The position numbers were made by a program, and so were the translations under genes. The notes beneath the pieces were generated by a model. That model did not search any database, was not told the DNA's origin, and saw nothing but the letters and a program-made list of their open reading frames with translations. Shown piece by piece: positions 16,053 to 26,375 of a stretch of DNA of 61,320 nucleotides. This DNA is from Eubacteriales bacterium (GTDB lineage: Bacteria > Bacillota > Clostridia > Oscillospirales > QAKW01), in the NCBI GenBank assembly GCA_045538295.1, contig JAZSRD010000101.1:1-61320 (forward strand), in the 5' to 3' direction. Every line of letters starts with the position of its first letter. Within the stretch, counting starts at the first letter, position 1.

Positions 16053-18410
16053 ATGTTTTTATCCATGAATTGGATCTCGGATTTTGTAGATTTATCCGGG
16101 CTTGATAAACTTGAACTGATCAATAAATTCTCCCTTTCCACTGCAGAGGTGGAAAACGAGATCTTTTATAAAGGCAGCGATCTCAGCGGCATTGTGGTGG
16201 CAGAGATCAAATCGGTGGAAAACCATCCGGACTCTAAAAAACTGCACCTTCTAAAGGTGGATGCCGGCGAGGGTGAACTGATCGATGTGGTTTGCGGCGC
16301 GCCCAATGTTCGGGTGGGGATGAAAACCGCCTTTGCCAAACTGGGCGCCAAGATCGGCGAGATCACCATTGCCCCCCGCAAGCTGGCGGGCTACACCTCC
16401 AACGGTATGTGCTGCTCCGAAAAGGAACTTGGCATAAGCGACAGCGGCGACGGCATTATGGACATTACCGAAGAGGTGGCTTTGGGCACCGATTTAAAAG
16501 ACCTTTACCAGATCGATGATATTATTTTTGAGGTAGACAACAAATCCCTGACCAACCGCCCCGATCTGTGGGGTCACTACGGAATCGCCCGTGAATTTGC
16601 CGTGTTGGCAGGTCGTCCGTTAAAGCCTCTTGATACAGTGGATCTTACCCAATATAACGCTCTGCCCCAAGTGGATGTTAAGATAGAAAACGACCTTTGC
16701 CAACGCTATTCCTGCATTCAATTTGGTAACATCAGCGTTCACCAAAGCCCTGTTAATATGCGGATCCGTCTTTACTACTGCGGCATGAGAGGACTGAACT
16801 TCCTTGCTGATCTAACCAACTATTTAATGCTGGAAATGGGTCAGCCTATGCACGCCTTCGACTCCAGAAAGGTAGAAAAGATCCGGGTTAAATGCTTTGA
16901 GCAGCCCTTTACCTTCCGCACCCTGGACGGGGTTGACCGCAACATCGACAAAAACACCCTGATGATCTGCAACGGAGATACCCCCGTAGCCATTGCAGGT
17001 ATTATGGGCGGCCTGGATTCCGAGATCGTGGAAGACACCTCCACCCTCACCCTGGAATCTGCTACCTTTGATGCCGCTTCCATCCGGAAATCCACCGTTC
17101 GCTTAAGCCACCGTACCGACGCTTCTATGCGGTATGAAAAGAGCTTGGATCCGGAAATGACCGTTGAAGCCATTGCGCGCTTTGTGAAACTGCTCACCGA
17201 GATCGATCCCGGTGCACAAGTGGTTTCTTCCTTAAGCGATGCCTACGCCCGCCGTTACGATACCATTACCTTAAACTTCGACAAAAAATTTGTTGATCGT
17301 TATACCGGTATTGAAATTCCTAACGAAACCATCGTAAATACCCTTACTGCACTGGGCTTTAAGGTGGAACAAAGCGGTGACTGCTTTACGGTACAGGTTC
17401 CCAGCTGGAGAGCCACCAAGGATGTTACCATCAAAGCCGACATTATTGAAGAGATCACCCGGATCTACGGTTACGATAATTTTGAAGTAAATACTGCCAA
17501 AGCACCCCTTTACCCGGTACGTTCTGCCCAGGTTAAGACGGACGAAGACCGGATCAAGGATCTGCTTGTTCAGCGGTTCTCTCTCCACGAACTGCATTCC
17601 TATGTGTGGGCATACTACGATGAGTACAAAGCTTTGGGGATGGAAATCGAGGAAAACGTGGAACTGATCAACGCCGCAAACCCCAATATCAGAACTCTGC
17701 GGAATTCCATTGTTCCCACGCAGCTGTGCCAGGTGAAATACAATACCGCTTATGCCGATTTCGGCGTGTTTGAGATCGGGCGGGTAGTAAACGGGCTGAA
17801 CAGCGAGAATATGTGTGATGAACGCAAAAAACTTGCCATCACCCTGTTTAGCAAAACCAAGGAAATGGAAGCCCTTTACTTTGAACTGCGGGATATTTTG
17901 TTCACTTTAACCGATAATATCAAGCATCAACCCCTCACCTTTGAAAAGACAGAAGCCTGCCATTCCTACCAACACCCCAAAAACCTGAACAAGATCTATT
18001 GCAACGGCATTGAACTGGGCGAGATCGGTATTGTAAACGGTGTAGTATCTAAAAAAATCGATAAAAAAGCCAATATCGTATATGCCGAGATTGACGTGGA
18101 AGAATTTGCCAAGATTGGCAATGCAAGCATTCAATATCAGGCGCCTTCCAAATTCCCGGAGATCGATATTGACCTTTCCTTTGTTTCCCAACAGTTTGCA
18201 CCCATTGCCGAAGCCATTGCGCACACAGCATGTGCCTGGATCAAAAATGTGGGTGTTGTGGATACTTATTCCGACGAAAACGGCAAGTCCATCACTGTGA
18301 GAATTACCTTTGCCCATCCGGAAAAAACCTTAACTAAAGAAGAGGTATCCACCGTTATTGACACAATTGTTGCCGAGCTCTCCGCCAAGGGAATTGCCAT
18401 GAAAGTGTAA
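16053..18410 (+). CDS. pheT: Phenylalanine--tRNA ligase beta subunit
   Basis: The 785-aa protein has an N-terminal tRNA-binding (EMAP-like) domain and B3/4 and B5 regions. It lies immediately after pheS. Confidence 0.95.
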   Translation: MFLSMNWISDFVDLSGLDKLELINKFSLSTAEVENEIFYKGSDLSGIVVAEIKSVENHPDSKKLHLLKVDAGEGELIDVVCGAPNVRVGMKTAFAKLGAKIGEITIAPRKLAGYTSNGMCCSEKELGISDSGDGIMDITEEVALGTDLKDLYQIDDIIFEVDNKSLTNRPDLWGHYGIAREFAVLAGRPLKPLDTVDLTQYNALPQVDVKIENDLCQRYSCIQFGNISVHQSPVNMRIRLYYCGMRGLNFLADLTNYLMLEMGQPMHAFDSRKVEKIRVKCFEQPFTFRTLDGVDRNIDKNTLMICNGDTPVAIAGIMGGLDSEIVEDTSTLTLESATFDAASIRKSTVRLSHRTDASMRYEKSLDPEMTVEAIARFVKLLTEIDPGAQVVSSLSDAYARRYDTITLNFDKKFVDRYTGIEIPNETIVNTLTALGFKVEQSGDCFTVQVPSWRATKDVTIKADIIEEITRIYGYDNFEVNTAKAPLYPVRSAQVKTDEDRIKDLLVQRFSLHELHSYVWAYYDEYKALGMEIEENVELINAANPNIRTLRNSIVPTQLCQVKYNTAYADFGVFEIGRVVNGLNSENMCDERKKLAITLFSKTKEMEALYFELRDILFTLTDNIKHQPLTFEKTEACHSYQHPKNLNKIYCNGIELGEIGIVNGVVSKKIDKKANIVYAEIDVEEFAKIGNASIQYQAPSKFPEIDIDLSFVSQQFAPIAEAIAHTACAWIKNVGVVDTYSDENGKSITVRITFAHPEKTLTKEEVSTVIDTIVAELSAKGIAMKV

Positions 18411-18487
18411 TGTTCATTAAAAATTCACTTGTATTCCTTGCTAAAAAGTAGTATAATAGTTCCATACTTGTTATAGGAGGTTATAAA

Positions 18488-18733
18488 ATGTTTGAAGAAA
18501 CCCAATCCTTTAAGATCAAAAAGGACGAAAAGCTGGAAATGAAAGAAATCCTCACAGCAGTTTATGACGCGCTGAAGGAAAAAGGCTATAACCCCCTAAA
18601 CCAGATCGTGGGTTATATCTTAAGTGAGGATCCCACCTATATTACCAACCACAACAACGCCCGGGCATTGATCCGCAAGATCGATCGGGACGAACTGCTG
18701 GGAGATCTGGTGAAATTCTATTTAGATCATTAA
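18488..18733 (+). CDS. UPF0297/IreB-family small regulatory protein
   Basis: The 81-aa protein carries [31 protein letters not shown]. Confidence 0.8.
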   Translation: MFEETQSFKIKKDEKLEMKEILTAVYDALKEKGYNPLNQIVGYILSEDPTYITNHNNARALIRKIDRDELLGDLVKFYLDH

Positions 18734-18740
18734 TCGTTTA

Positions 18741-18789
18741 AAAAGCACCGGCACAGAGCAACTCACTGCTCTGTGCCGGTGCTTTTTTA
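18741..18789. terminator. Bidirectional rho-independent terminator
   Basis: The 17-bp perfect stem agcaccggcacagagca / tgctctgtgccggtgct is flanked by A and T runs. Confidence 0.85.
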
Positions 18790-19707
18790 TTTTACTTTAG
18801 GATATTTTTTCACAGTTGCTTTGTTGCCGTTATAAAGAATAATGCAATCACTCAACAGTTGAAAATCATCATATTCTTCTTCCAATGTCAGCAGTTCATG
18901 GGTGTGGCCATCGCCAAACTCTACCGCCAATACCGTGTCATCTTTTAACACCACCAAATGATTGCCATAAACGTTCAAACGATCAAAGTTACCGGATAGG
19001 TGTTCCGTAACCTCAAAGGTTTCCCGGTTATAGGTACACAGCGCGGTCGTGTTATAAAGAGCGCTTTCTTTTAAGAATGCAACGCCGGGACCGCCATCCA
19101 GGGATACCACATCACGGCAATGGGCTATTACTCCCCGATAAAGCAGCTTATCCACATTGGTTTCAAAATCTTTTACGATCAGATAATCCTCTTCTTCGTC
19201 CAAATAGTATAGCGCATAATCGGTGATCCAAAAATCGTCGGCGGTGAATTTCAGCTCGATCTTTTCTGTTTTTTTCGTTTTAATATTGCAGGTATTGATA
19301 AATTTTCCGGGCTTTTCTCCGATATAATAAATAGTATTTTGATGCACCTGATATTGTGCCACATCGGAGCAAATTTCCGTATATTTTTCCGTTGCCATAT
19401 CGTAGCAATTCAACACCGTGCTATCGGTAAAGCGGAAATAGATTTTATTGGAAAGCATGGCAATATCGGTAACATCGCCCTCTACCAAAAGATCCCGGCT
19501 CTTACTGCTTTTTTTACCAAGAAGCAAGCCGATCTTTCCGCCTTTTTCACCACGCAGAGCGATCCAATCGCCCTGTTCGGCAACCAGATGGTTCCCCCAT
19601 TTTAAGCCGGTGGAAAAAGTATCTTTGATCCCTTTTGAAGAGCAGGCAGAAAGACCCAACAATAAAACAACCGATAGGAGAAAAGCAATTATTCGCTTAA
19701 ACTTCAT
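18787..19707 (-). CDS. Lipoprotein with repeated beta-propeller-like IYY/IYF motifs (DUF5050-like)
   Basis: The lipobox is LLLGLSAC. Repeats include NKIYFRF, NTIYYIG and YALYYLD. A TAATG overlap couples it to the upstream kinase gene. Confidence 0.65.
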   Translation of the reverse strand: MKFKRIIAFLLSVVLLLGLSACSSKGIKDTFSTGLKWGNHLVAEQGDWIALRGEKGGKIGLLLGKKSSKSRDLLVEGDVTDIAMLSNKIYFRFTDSTVLNCYDMATEKYTEICSDVAQYQVHQNTIYYIGEKPGKFINTCNIKTKKTEKIELKFTADDFWITDYALYYLDEEEDYLIVKDFETNVDKLLYRGVIAHCRDVVSLDGGPGVAFLKESALYNTTALCTYNRETFEVTEHLSGNFDRLNVYGNHLVVLKDDTVLAVEFGDGHTHELLTLEEEYDDFQLLSDCIILYNGNKATVKKYPKVK

Positions 19708-21113
19708 TATTTTTCCTCCGGCAGGTAGGTTTTAACCGGGAAAGAATCAGCGATCAGTTTTCTTGCTTCTTGCACGTTCTTAACAGCCCCGAGAGTAATC
19801 AGCTGCACAGCAAGATTTCCCAGTACTGTTGCTTCCACCGGACCGGCATACACCGGCAAGCCGGTAGCGTTGGCGGAAAGCTGGCACAGCAGGGTATCCT
19901 GGATGCCGCCGCCCACCATCCGAAGGGCGGTGAACTTTTTACCGGTTACATTTGCCAGATGGGCAACCGCTTCTTTGTATTTAGCTGCCAGGCTATAGTA
20001 AATCACACGCATCACATCGCCGTCGGTTTCAGGTACGGGTTGATTGGTTTCTTTACAGATAGCACGGATACGGGCAGGCATATCACCCGGCGGGGAAAGG
20101 CGACCGTCGTCCACATCAATCACTGAAGGAATAGTGCTTTCCAACGCAATATTCTTTAGATCCTCAAAGGAATAATCCTTCCCCTGCTTTTTAAAGAACC
20201 GCTTGGTTTCCTGCACCAGCCACAGACCCATGATATTCCGCAGGAACCGCACGTTGCCAAAGGCGCCGCCCTCGTTGGAAAGGCGGGCTTCACATGCAGC
20301 CTCGTTGGTAATGGGTTCATCCATCTCACAGCCCAAAAGGCTCCAGGTACCGCAGCTGATAAATGCAGTTTCCTCCCCGGGAGCCGCAGGAACTGCCAGC
20401 ACGGCGCTGGCGGTATCGTGAGAACCCACCGAGATCACCTTAATGGCGGGAATCATCAGCTCCTCTTGCAGTTTGGGCGTAACAGTGCCCAAAATACGCC
20501 CGGAATAATGAATTTCCGGCAACAACGAGGGGTCCAGTTCCAATGCTTCCAGCAGGGTTTTATCCCACTTTTTGGTACGCACATTCATAAGCGAAGTGGT
20601 GGATGCATTAGAAAAATCGGCATTTTTTACGCCGGTAAGAAAATAACCAAACAGATCCGGCATCATCAGCAGAGTTTTTGCGCTTTTCAGCATCCAGGGC
20701 TGCTGTTGCTGCAGGGTATAAAGCTGATAAATGGTATTGAAGGGTAAGTAAGGAACACCGGAAATCTGATAGATCTCGGATTCCGGAATTTTATTGAAGA
20801 AGCCGGGGCCAACCTCTGCATATGCAGTATCCCGATAGTTACGGGGATTGCCGATCAGGCGGCCGGATTCATCCAACAAGCCGAAATCTACGCCCCAGGT
20901 ATCGATACCTACGCTCTCTACCTCCCCTGCTTTCATCAAGCCCTGCTTGATCTCATGATACAGCCGGCAAACATCCCAATAAAAAGTATCGCCCACCTGC
21001 ACAGGATCGTTGGAAAAACGATGGATCTCCTCCATCTTTAATTTACCGTTTTCCAAGGTGGCCGCCATGGCACGCCCGCTGGAGGCTCCAAAGTCAAATG
21101 CTAATATTTTCAT
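19707..21113 (-). CDS. FGGY-family sugar kinase, rhamnulokinase-like
   Basis: It carries the N-terminal FDFGASSGR, EIHRFSN and GIDTWGVDFGLLD, as in RhaB. Confidence 0.8.
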   Translation of the reverse strand: MKILAFDFGASSGRAMAATLENGKLKMEEIHRFSNDPVQVGDTFYWDVCRLYHEIKQGLMKAGEVESVGIDTWGVDFGLLDESGRLIGNPRNYRDTAYAEVGPGFFNKIPESEIYQISGVPYLPFNTIYQLYTLQQQQPWMLKSAKTLLMMPDLFGYFLTGVKNADFSNASTTSLMNVRTKKWDKTLLEALELDPSLLPEIHYSGRILGTVTPKLQEELMIPAIKVISVGSHDTASAVLAVPAAPGEETAFISCGTWSLLGCEMDEPITNEAACEARLSNEGGAFGNVRFLRNIMGLWLVQETKRFFKKQGKDYSFEDLKNIALESTIPSVIDVDDGRLSPPGDMPARIRAICKETNQPVPETDGDVMRVIYYSLAAKYKEAVAHLANVTGKKFTALRMVGGGIQDTLLCQLSANATGLPVYAGPVEATVLGNLAVQLITLGAVKNVQEARKLIADSFPVKTYLPEEK

Positions 21114-21180
21114 AGAAAACTCTCCCTAAAATTAATTTAATTAAAGTATATCATGAATTCTTAAAAAAAGGAAGAGGTTA

Positions 21181-21209
21181 TTGACGAAATTTCCCAGTCA
21201 TTGTATAAT
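21181..21209 (+). promoter_or_regulatory. Putative sigma-A promoter
   Basis: The sequence is TTGACG, 17 nt, then TATAAT. Confidence 0.55.
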
Positions 21210-21242
21210 AATTCAAGTATGTAAGAAAGGGGCTGCAGCATT

Positions 21243-22472
21243 TTGAATATACAGCAAGCAGACAAAATTGCCCTGGAGCGGATGGCTCCGGCAGTAAAAG
21301 AAGCAGAGGAAATTGCTTTTTACACCACCAACCGTGTACTGGAAGCATTCCGTGCGGAGCGAGTAAGCGAAACCCACTTTGCCGGCTCCACCGGCTATGG
21401 CTACGGTGACCGGGGGCGGGATACTTTAGATAAACTGTTTGCACGGGCACTGGAGAGCGAAGATTGCCTGGTACGTCCCCAATTCATTTCCGGCACCCAT
21501 ACCTTAACCGTTGCCCTTTTCGGTGTATTGCGCCCGAGAGATGTAATGCTGGCAGTTACCGGCAAACCCTACGATACCTTGGATGAGGTGATCGGCCTTG
21601 CCGGTAACGACGGTGACGGCTCCTTAAAGGAGTTTGGCATTCAATACCGGCAGATCGAATTAAAGAACAACGAAATCGATTACGATGCCTTGGAGCAAGA
21701 ATTAAAAGATCCGAGAATCAAAATGGTGTTTGTGCAAAAATCCAAAGGCTACCAAAACCGACCCACCCTATCTTCGGTGGAGATCGGCAAGCTTTCCCAC
21801 TATGTGCATGAGCAACGCTCCGATGTGATCGTGATGGTGGACAACTGCTACGGCGAATTCTGCGAGATGCACGAACCCACTTATTACGGCGTTGATCTAA
21901 TGGCAGGCTCCCTGATCAAAAACCCCGGCGGCGGTATTGCCCCCACCGGCGGTTATATTGCAGGCAGATCCGACTTGATCGAGCAGTGCTCCTATCGGCT
22001 CACCTCCCCCGGCATTGGGCGGGAAAGCGGCTGTACTTTAAATGTACTACGGGAGTTGTACCAAGGTTTATTCCTGGCGCCCCACACCGTACTGCAAGCC
22101 AAGAAAACGGCTATGTATGCAGCCGCCATGTGCGAGCAAATGGGGTTGGAAACTGCCCCAGCAGCAGATGCTCCTCGCTACGATATTATTCAAACTGTTG
22201 CCCTGGAAACCCCGGAGCGGTTATTGGCATTTTGTAAGGGAATTCAGTCCGGCTCCCCGGTGGATAGCTTTGTGACCCCCGAAGCCTGGGATATGCCGGG
22301 CTACGATGCACCGGTTGTAATGGCAGCAGGCGCCTTTGTGATGGGCGCTTCCATTGAACTTTCTGCCGACGGTCCCATGAAGCCGCCTTACACCGCCTTT
22401 ATGCAAGGCGGGCTTACCTTTGAAAGCGGGCGCCTTGGCATATTAAGAGCCATAGAGGAAATGAACAAATGA
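21243..22472 (+). CDS. PLP-dependent aluminium-resistance/YnbB-family (methionine gamma-lyase-like) protein
   Basis: It carries AGSTGYGYGDRGRDTLD and an overall YnbB-like sequence. It has a TTG start with a purine-rich RBS. Confidence 0.75.
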   Translation: MNIQQADKIALERMAPAVKEAEEIAFYTTNRVLEAFRAERVSETHFAGSTGYGYGDRGRDTLDKLFARALESEDCLVRPQFISGTHTLTVALFGVLRPRDVMLAVTGKPYDTLDEVIGLAGNDGDGSLKEFGIQYRQIELKNNEIDYDALEQELKDPRIKMVFVQKSKGYQNRPTLSSVEIGKLSHYVHEQRSDVIVMVDNCYGEFCEMHEPTYYGVDLMAGSLIKNPGGGIAPTGGYIAGRSDLIEQCSYRLTSPGIGRESGCTLNVLRELYQGLFLAPHTVLQAKKTAMYAAAMCEQMGLETAPAADAPRYDIIQTVALETPERLLAFCKGIQSGSPVDSFVTPEAWDMPGYDAPVVMAAGAFVMGASIELSADGPMKPPYTAFMQGGLTFESGRLGILRAIEEMNK

Positions 22473-23401
22473 TTGATCTCCATATGCACACTACCGCTTC
22501 AGACGGGGCAGACAGTGTAGCTGAACTTTTAGTCAAATGTGAGCGTTTGGGGCTTTCTTATATTTCCATTACCGATCATAACAGCATGGCGGGCTATAAG
22601 GAGTTAAAAGACCCTTCCATCCGCAAACTTTTTTCGGGCAAGATCATGCCCGGCTGTGAATTCTCCGCCCAATATAAGGGGCAAGCAATAGAGATATTAG
22701 GCTATGGAATCCACCCCATTGCGGCAGGAAATTTTCTCTCCACCGCTTATATCTCCACGGTCACTCAAAAAAAGCTCCAATTAGAGCAAATGATCGAATG
22801 CTATCGCAAGCAAGGCTTTACCTTTGATGAAGAGCAGGTACGAGCAAATATCAATTCCGGATTACACCCACTCACCGGCAAGCCATGCAAAGACCCAAGA
22901 ACTGCTTTTTGGATGGAACTGAATCGGTATCCCGAAAATCAAACCCACTATGCCAGCCCCGATTCCCGCTATGATTATAAAAGCTTTATGCGGCAAGAGT
23001 TTGCCAATATTAACAGCCCCTTCTTTTTTAGCATGGAGCACTTGATCCCCTCTGCCGAAACAGTTTGCTTTGCCATTAAAAGCATGGGCGGCAAGGCTAT
23101 TATTGCCCATCCGGGCGGCTATAACCAACCTGTTTATAATATGATGGAAGAATTGATCCAAGATGTAAAGGCCCATGGTCTTGAGGCATGGTATTCCATC
23201 CACACCCCCCGCCAGAGAGAGGAACTGACCGCCCTCTGCAAAAAATATAATCTGATCTTCAGCGGCGGCAGTGATTACCACGGCGCATGGAGAGAGGAGC
23301 GGGGCAACGTTTTAGGAATGCCGAAGCTTCATGGAATCTTCCCGGAACAGGAGATTCTTAAATGGATAGAAGAAAGCAATTTGAATAAAAATCTTTTTTA
23401 A
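22469..23401 (+). CDS. PHP-domain metal-dependent phosphoesterase
   Basis: It carries IDLHMHTTASDG and ISITDHN. It has a 4-nt overlap with the upstream gene. Confidence 0.8.
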   Translation: MIDLHMHTTASDGADSVAELLVKCERLGLSYISITDHNSMAGYKELKDPSIRKLFSGKIMPGCEFSAQYKGQAIEILGYGIHPIAAGNFLSTAYISTVTQKKLQLEQMIECYRKQGFTFDEEQVRANINSGLHPLTGKPCKDPRTAFWMELNRYPENQTHYASPDSRYDYKSFMRQEFANINSPFFFSMEHLIPSAETVCFAIKSMGGKAIIAHPGGYNQPVYNMMEELIQDVKAHGLEAWYSIHTPRQREELTALCKKYNLIFSGGSDYHGAWREERGNVLGMPKLHGIFPEQEILKWIEESNLNKNLF

Positions 23402-23450
23402 ACCACTAAAAAGATTTTTAGATTTTTAAACAGAGGATTCATGTATAATT

Positions 23451-23486
23451 AAAAAAGTGTGTGGAATAATCCACACACTTTTTTTC
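23451..23486. terminator. Bidirectional terminator
   Basis: The stem is gtgtgtgga / tccacacac with loop ataa, flanked by A6 and T7. Confidence 0.8.
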
Positions 23487-23504
23487 TTAATAATTCTATA
23501 CAAT

Positions 23505-24167
23505 TTACAATCTTTTAAAGGCTTCCATAAACGCTGTTGCGTTTTGATAAGTTTTATCCTTAGAAAACACTGCCGAGCCGGCAACAAAAACGTTTGCACC
23601 CGCTTTGGCCGCCACGGTAAGAGTTTCCAGGGTGATCCCGCCGTCTACCTGAATGTGGTATTTCAAACCAAGTTCCTCCCGCAGGGCACAAATTTCAGAA
23701 ACCTTGGGCATCATATCAGCCATAAATTTTTGACCGCCGAACCCAGGTTCAACTGTCATAACCAGCACCATATCGCAAAGGTGCAGGTAGGGCTTGACCG
23801 CCTCGGCGGGTGTGGCAGGTTTTAAAGCGATGGCAAAGTCCTTCCCCGCCTCATGCACCTGCGCTGCGATCTCTTCAATCTTTTCGGTGGCCTCCAAATG
23901 AACACAGATCAGATCTGCGCCGGCAGAAAGGAAATCTACAATATAACGCTCCGGGCGCTCGATCATTAAGTGCACATCAAAATAAGCATGATTGACCGGG
24001 CGCAAGCACTTCATAACGGGGGCGCCAAAAGAAATATTCGGCACAAACATTCCGTCCATTACATCAATATGTAACCAATCGGCGCCGCCGCGCACTGCAT
24101 TTCCTGCATCTTCGCCCAACCGTGAAAAATCAGAAGCCAAAAGCGAGGGGGATAAGATATAACGCAT
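23505..24167 (-). CDS. rpe: Ribulose-phosphate 3-epimerase
   Basis: The 220-aa protein carries HIDVMDG, DVHLM and VMTVEPGFGGQ. Confidence 0.95.
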   Translation of the reverse strand: MRYILSPSLLASDFSRLGEDAGNAVRGGADWLHIDVMDGMFVPNISFGAPVMKCLRPVNHAYFDVHLMIERPERYIVDFLSAGADLICVHLEATEKIEEIAAQVHEAGKDFAIALKPATPAEAVKPYLHLCDMVLVMTVEPGFGGQKFMADMMPKVSEICALREELGLKYHIQVDGGITLETLTVAAKAGANVFVAGSAVFSKDKTYQNATAFMEAFKRL

Positions 24168-24180
24168 ATGATACCTCCAA

Positions 24181-24221
24181 ATAAATGAAAATGCACTGCG
24201 CCGGAAAAATCGGCGCAGTGC
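24181..24221 (-). terminator. Terminator after ptsH
   Basis: The stem is gcactgcgccg / cggcgcagtgc (11 bp), followed by a U-rich tail on the minus strand. Confidence 0.7.
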
Positions 24222-24228
24222 TTTGATT

Positions 24229-24489
24229 TTAGTCTTCCAGTTTCTGCACCAATTCGATCAATGCAGTAACGGCTGCTTCTTCGTCGGCACCGTCGGCAAT
24301 AATAGTAATATCGGTGCCCTTGATGATGCCCAAAGAAAGAATGCCCAGCAAGCTCTTGGCATTGATACGGCGGGTGCCGATCTCTACCCAAATAGAGCAC
24401 TTAAACTCATTCGCTTTCTGAATGAAGAATGTTGCCGGACGTGCGTGCAGACCCACGCTATTGGTAACAGTTACGGTTTTAGAAAACAT
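24229..24489 (-). CDS. ptsH: Phosphocarrier protein HPr
   Basis: The 86-aa protein carries GLHARPA (His-15 site) and KSLLGILSLG (Ser-46 region). Confidence 0.95.
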   Translation of the reverse strand: MFSKTVTVTNSVGLHARPATFFIQKANEFKCSIWVEIGTRRINAKSLLGILSLGIIKGTDITIIADGADEEAAVTALIELVQKLED

Positions 24490-24620
24490 AGGAGAACCCC
24501 CTGAAAATTTAAATTTATTGATATAATATTAATCGAATTTTTACGATTAGTCAAGATGTTGGGGTCACTTTTGTATATTTCACTAAATCATGGATTTATA
24601 AGGGCGATTTTTTAGTGATT

Positions 24621-26180
24621 TTACGCTTTTTTCTTCTTATTTTTCACCATTTCAAAGAGTGTTTTTAATTCCTTGGAACCGGTGAGATAAAGGATCAGCC
24701 CATAAATTAGCAAGCCTGCCACTAAACCGACTACTAAACCAAGCAAGGTGCCAAAAGTACCGTCAACGGCTTTTTCTATTATTATACGCAATTCCCGGGC
24801 GGTTATGAATAATCCCATAGCGCCCACAATATCCTTACCTATTCCTGTAAAAAGACTGCGATTCAGCACCCCCGGCGTAGCACGGGAGGTAAAGATCAGC
24901 AATAGGAACGCCATTACGGCGGCGGCAACCAATGTACCAAGTGCCAATCCGTAAACGCCGAAAAACCGTACCGCCAAAAGAGATACCGCCAAATTAACAG
25001 CAATCCCCGCCCCGGCAGTAATAACCGGGAGTTTGACCTTTTGCATGGAATAAAAATACTTATTCAAAATTTCCTGATAAGAATAGAAGAGCATGGCGCA
25101 GGTATAGATCGCCAGCAGTAAGCCAACCCGGCCGGTATCCTCTGCGGTAAAGGTTTTTCCCTCGTAAAGCAGGCGGATCACCGGCTTACTGTTTCCGGCA
25201 ACAAACGCCATAATGGGTAGTACGATTGCAGAGATAGTGCCCAGCATATTCCTGCAAATTCCCTTTGCGCCTTCAATATCCCCGCCCGAGAAACATCGGC
25301 TCATTTGCGGGAAAAAGAGATTAGTAAGGCAATAGGAAAAGATCCCGGCAATAATAAAATATGCCTGATAAGCGTAATTTACCGACGCCAGGTGTCCCTC
25401 CCCCAGGGTGGAACTGATATTGGTTGAGATCAGCTGATTGATGGGCTGCGCCAATGCTGCCACAAATAACGGCAGTGTAAGAACCAACACCCGGCGCAGA
25501 TCCGGGGAACGAAGATCGAAGGTTAGGGAATAACGGAACCTTTTCTTCCTTAAATAAGGAAGTAAAGACAAAAGCTGTAAGATCCAGCCAACGGTAAAGG
25601 CGACACCCAAGCCGTAAATACCGAACCACCGATCAAAGATCACAAAATAGAGGATCATTGCCACGTTATATATTAAGGAAACCAGGGCGGGACCGGTAAA
25701 CTCTTCGTAAGATTGCAAAATACCAATGAAAATATAGGTACCGGTAGCCACACAGATCACCGGCATAATGATGCGGATCAGGGTAGTGGCATAGGATAGA
25801 GCCTCCCCGGAAAGACCGCCTGCAACGATTTTAAGCGCCACCTGGGGAAAGAGCATTCCAAACGCTGCAATGATCGCCGCAATAATAACTGTAAGATTTA
25901 AGAAGTTACTGCCAAAGGTTTCTGCCTCTTCCTTGCCCTTACGGGTGAGTTTTTCATTGAAAACCGGCACAAATGCCGAAGCAATAGCAGTACCCAAGGT
26001 TACATCGTATAAAGTTAGCGGCAGGCTGCTGGCGGCAGAAAAGGCATCTGCCATAGCAGTAGTGCCGTAATAACGTGCCAGAAGCATGTTACGTACCATG
26101 CCCAAAACTTTAGATAGCATAACCGCCAGCACCAGGATCATATAGGTACCTACTGCCCCTCGTTTTTTCATCCGTTTCAC
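24621..26180 (-). CDS. murJ: Lipid II flippase MurJ (MviN family)
   Basis: The 519-aa polytopic membrane protein has a MurJ-like N-terminus (SKVLGMVRNMLLARYYG). Confidence 0.9.
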   Translation of the reverse strand: MKRMKKRGAVGTYMILVLAVMLSKVLGMVRNMLLARYYGTTAMADAFSAASSLPLTLYDVTLGTAIASAFVPVFNEKLTRKGKEEAETFGSNFLNLTVIIAAIIAAFGMLFPQVALKIVAGGLSGEALSYATTLIRIIMPVICVATGTYIFIGILQSYEEFTGPALVSLIYNVAMILYFVIFDRWFGIYGLGVAFTVGWILQLLSLLPYLRKKRFRYSLTFDLRSPDLRRVLVLTLPLFVAALAQPINQLISTNISSTLGEGHLASVNYAYQAYFIIAGIFSYCLTNLFFPQMSRCFSGGDIEGAKGICRNMLGTISAIVLPIMAFVAGNSKPVIRLLYEGKTFTAEDTGRVGLLLAIYTCAMLFYSYQEILNKYFYSMQKVKLPVITAGAGIAVNLAVSLLAVRFFGVYGLALGTLVAAAVMAFLLLIFTSRATPGVLNRSLFTGIGKDIVGAMGLFITARELRIIIEKAVDGTFGTLLGLVVGLVAGLLIYGLILYLTGSKELKTLFEMVKNKKKKA

Positions 26181-26375
26181 CTCTTTTTGAGGTCATTTTC
26201 GGCTCTTTTTTATCGTCCGAATATGACATAATTTTATTTCTCTGTTTATTCAAGAGAAGTTATTTCCACATTTTGAACAGGTTTTTTTACAGACAAGCCT
26301 TGTGTTTGCCGATGTTTTCACAGTTTTAACAAGGTTTTGAACAGCTTTTTTCAAGAAGGCTGTGCAATAATTTGG

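Noticed and set aside
24059-24400. A 113-aa minus-strand ORF bridging rpe and ptsH.
   Set aside because: It overlaps both genes out of frame and crosses the ptsH terminator, so it is an ORF-finder artefact.
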